From NCBI RefSeq assembly GCF_000181795.1, contig NW_003526944.1:3003584-3067583 (forward strand): a DNA stretch of 64,000 bases, in the 5' to 3' direction. The notes below the pieces were generated by a model. That model saw only the letters and a program-made list of their open reading frames with translations, had not been told where the DNA came from and did not search any database. Within the stretch, counting starts at the first letter, position 1; each line of letters begins with the position of its first letter. Shown piece after piece: positions 62,308 through 64,000 of the stretch. The stretch is from Trichinella spiralis. Its lineage: Eukaryota. A program made the translations under genes and the position numbers.

Positions 62308-63830
62308 ATGCACTGCCAAGAAAGTTCCGCGAAATATGCTTCCATAGTGGCTGCCATATTCGGTGGTATGGCTATTTTGGTTTGCATCTGTGTTGCCCCT
62401 CAGATATGCTTCGATGTTCAAGACATTTGGTTGGAAATTGACGAAGAGATGAAAGAATTTCGCGTATGTCATTTTTCAAATTTTTAAACATTATTTACTT
62501 AAAAAGAAAAAAATTTTTTTTAAATTCACAGTCATATATAAATGATGAAATGGTTTTTCTTTTAATTTATTATTTTCCCTAAAAGTAATGTTGCATGAAG
62601 AAAGCAGAATCTCAGAAAACAACATTTGAACTGAAATTAAATAATTTTATGAAAGTTATATATATATATATAGCAAGATAAAAATTATAGATTACTTCGG
62701 ATCAAATTTGGAAAGAGCTGATGCATTTGAGCTTACCGAGAAGCAGAAGAAATGCTTATGCTGGTTCGATTGCACAAAGTTCAGCGCCTGGTTACGTGCC
62801 TGTAGCTAATATATTAGTGCCTAGCTATGGAACTGTGATGGATTTGGAAGATTCGAACAATTGGGCAAGCACGAATTATCAGTCAACAGCGAATAAAGTT
62901 GAAATACCTGAATTATCAAACGGCTTGTATCGAAAACCGGCACAAAGAGAATTTTCCAGCAATTCGAAAATTGAAGTAACTGAAGCTTATTCAATTGCAT
63001 CGAACGGCAGAGATGAATTTGAAGCAGAGAGTAGCTTAGGAGAGCATGACAAGGATACAGCTGTTGGAAATCAGAGCATTTTTACAGATTTAGCTTCAAA
63101 CGAGGGTTCAGGAGGAATAGATCAGTTGCTTCGAGAGGATGAAGAAACTTCTGCTCATTTCACTAAGCCCAGTTGCAAATGCAGTCAAACTATGGCCAGT
63201 CGGTGTCCTGCAGGTCCTCCAGGTCCACCAGGAAAGCCTGGAATACCAGGAGAAAACGGCGAACCAGGAAAGCCTGGTTTGCCAGGTAAAGATGGTCGCG
63301 TTGTTGTTAATGAACCTGAAGCTCAGCCTTGCTTAAAATGTCCCGCTGAACCGGGACCTCCAGGACCACCAGGAATTCAAGGTAACGAACGTTCTTGTTT
63401 AATTAAAGACAAATATTTTAGCAATGCTGGTTTTGTTCTAGGGCCTCAAGGTTTGTCCGGAAGTCCAGGAAATCCTGGAATGCACGGACGAAATGGATCG
63501 CCCGGAAAGCCTGGTGATATGGGACCGCCAGGTACACCAGGACCGAAGGGTAAAGTTGGTATGAAAGGACCATCTGGCATGGACAAAAGAACAATACGGG
63601 GCAAGAAAGGGCTTCCCGGAGTACCAGGAAAACCTGGTGAACCAGGTGTAAAAGGAAACCCGGGGAAAGATGGCAGCGACGGCGCACGGGGTGACCCAGG
63701 ACCACCAGGTTCAACAGGGTTGCCTGGACCAAAAGGAAAAGAAGGAAAATCTGGTCCAATGGGACAGATTGGAATTCCTGGGCCAGACGCAACTTATTGT
63801 CCGTGCCCAGCTAGACAAAATCATTCATGA
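62308..63830 (+). CDS. Nematode cuticle collagen, 3 exons
   Basis: Exon 62308-62463 encodes the TM plus Col_cuticle_N region (VQDIWLEIDEEMKEFR|ITSDQIWKEL). It is followed by a furin-type site RSRR, a Cys cluster (CKC...RCPAGPPGPPG), two Gly-X-Y blocks separated by CLKCP, and C-terminal YCPCP. Probable 60-nt intron at 63382-63441. Confidence 0.95.
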
Positions 63831-64000
63831 TCATTTCTTTATCCAGTTTATCTGAAGAGAAAGCTGAAGTAAAACCTTTCTCGAGCAAAAAAAGCTTGAT
63901 TTGTCAGCACATTTTGAAATTTAAAAATATCTTCAACATATTGTCTTCATCATTTGCAATAATCTGATCTTAAATACTTGGTATTTTATTCTTTAGAAGC

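Noticed and set aside
1..64000. Prokaryote-type systems (CRISPR, defence islands), tRNA, rRNA and spliced-leader RNA genes
   Set aside because: The sequence is intron-rich eukaryotic DNA. I saw no spaced direct-repeat array, tRNA cloverleaf, rRNA or canonical SL1 sequence by eye. A covariance-model scan could still find small RNAs.

Overview
AT-rich eukaryotic genomic DNA with many short (about 45-100 nt) GT-AG introns. It is almost certainly a nematode, because it has a cuticle collagen with a Col_cuticle_N-type N-terminus plus OLRN-1-like and EAT-20-like genes. Base composition and intron style suggest a clade I nematode such as Trichinella (inference). Hand-splicing gives 14 protein-coding genes, in order: Mff-like (-), USP20/33-like deubiquitinase (+), TTBK/CK1-like kinase (-), an intronless ~16-TM orphan membrane protein (+), Raw/OLRN-1-like (-), Crumbs-family EAT-20-like (-), membrane-anchored carboxylesterase (+), rps-19 (+), ECHDC3 (+), EXT1/RIB-1-like exostosin (+), CLK/LAMMER kinase with alternative N-termini (+), UTP6 (+), OST-alpha-like transporter (+) and a cuticle collagen (+). 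I recognised no rRNA, tRNA, CRISPR array or intact transposon. The main observations are: (1) the orphan protein looks like four concatenated 4-TM modules; (2) the OLRN-1-like protein has one intact and one Glu-to-Lys degenerate nucleoside-deoxyribosyltransferase-like repeat; (3) the exostosin keeps a degenerate GT64 domain; (4) the USP20/33 appears to lack its ZnF-UBP; (5) rps-19 and ECHDC3 have operon-like spacing. Exon coordinates were read by eye and may be off by a few bases. Family calls come from recalled motifs, not database searches.
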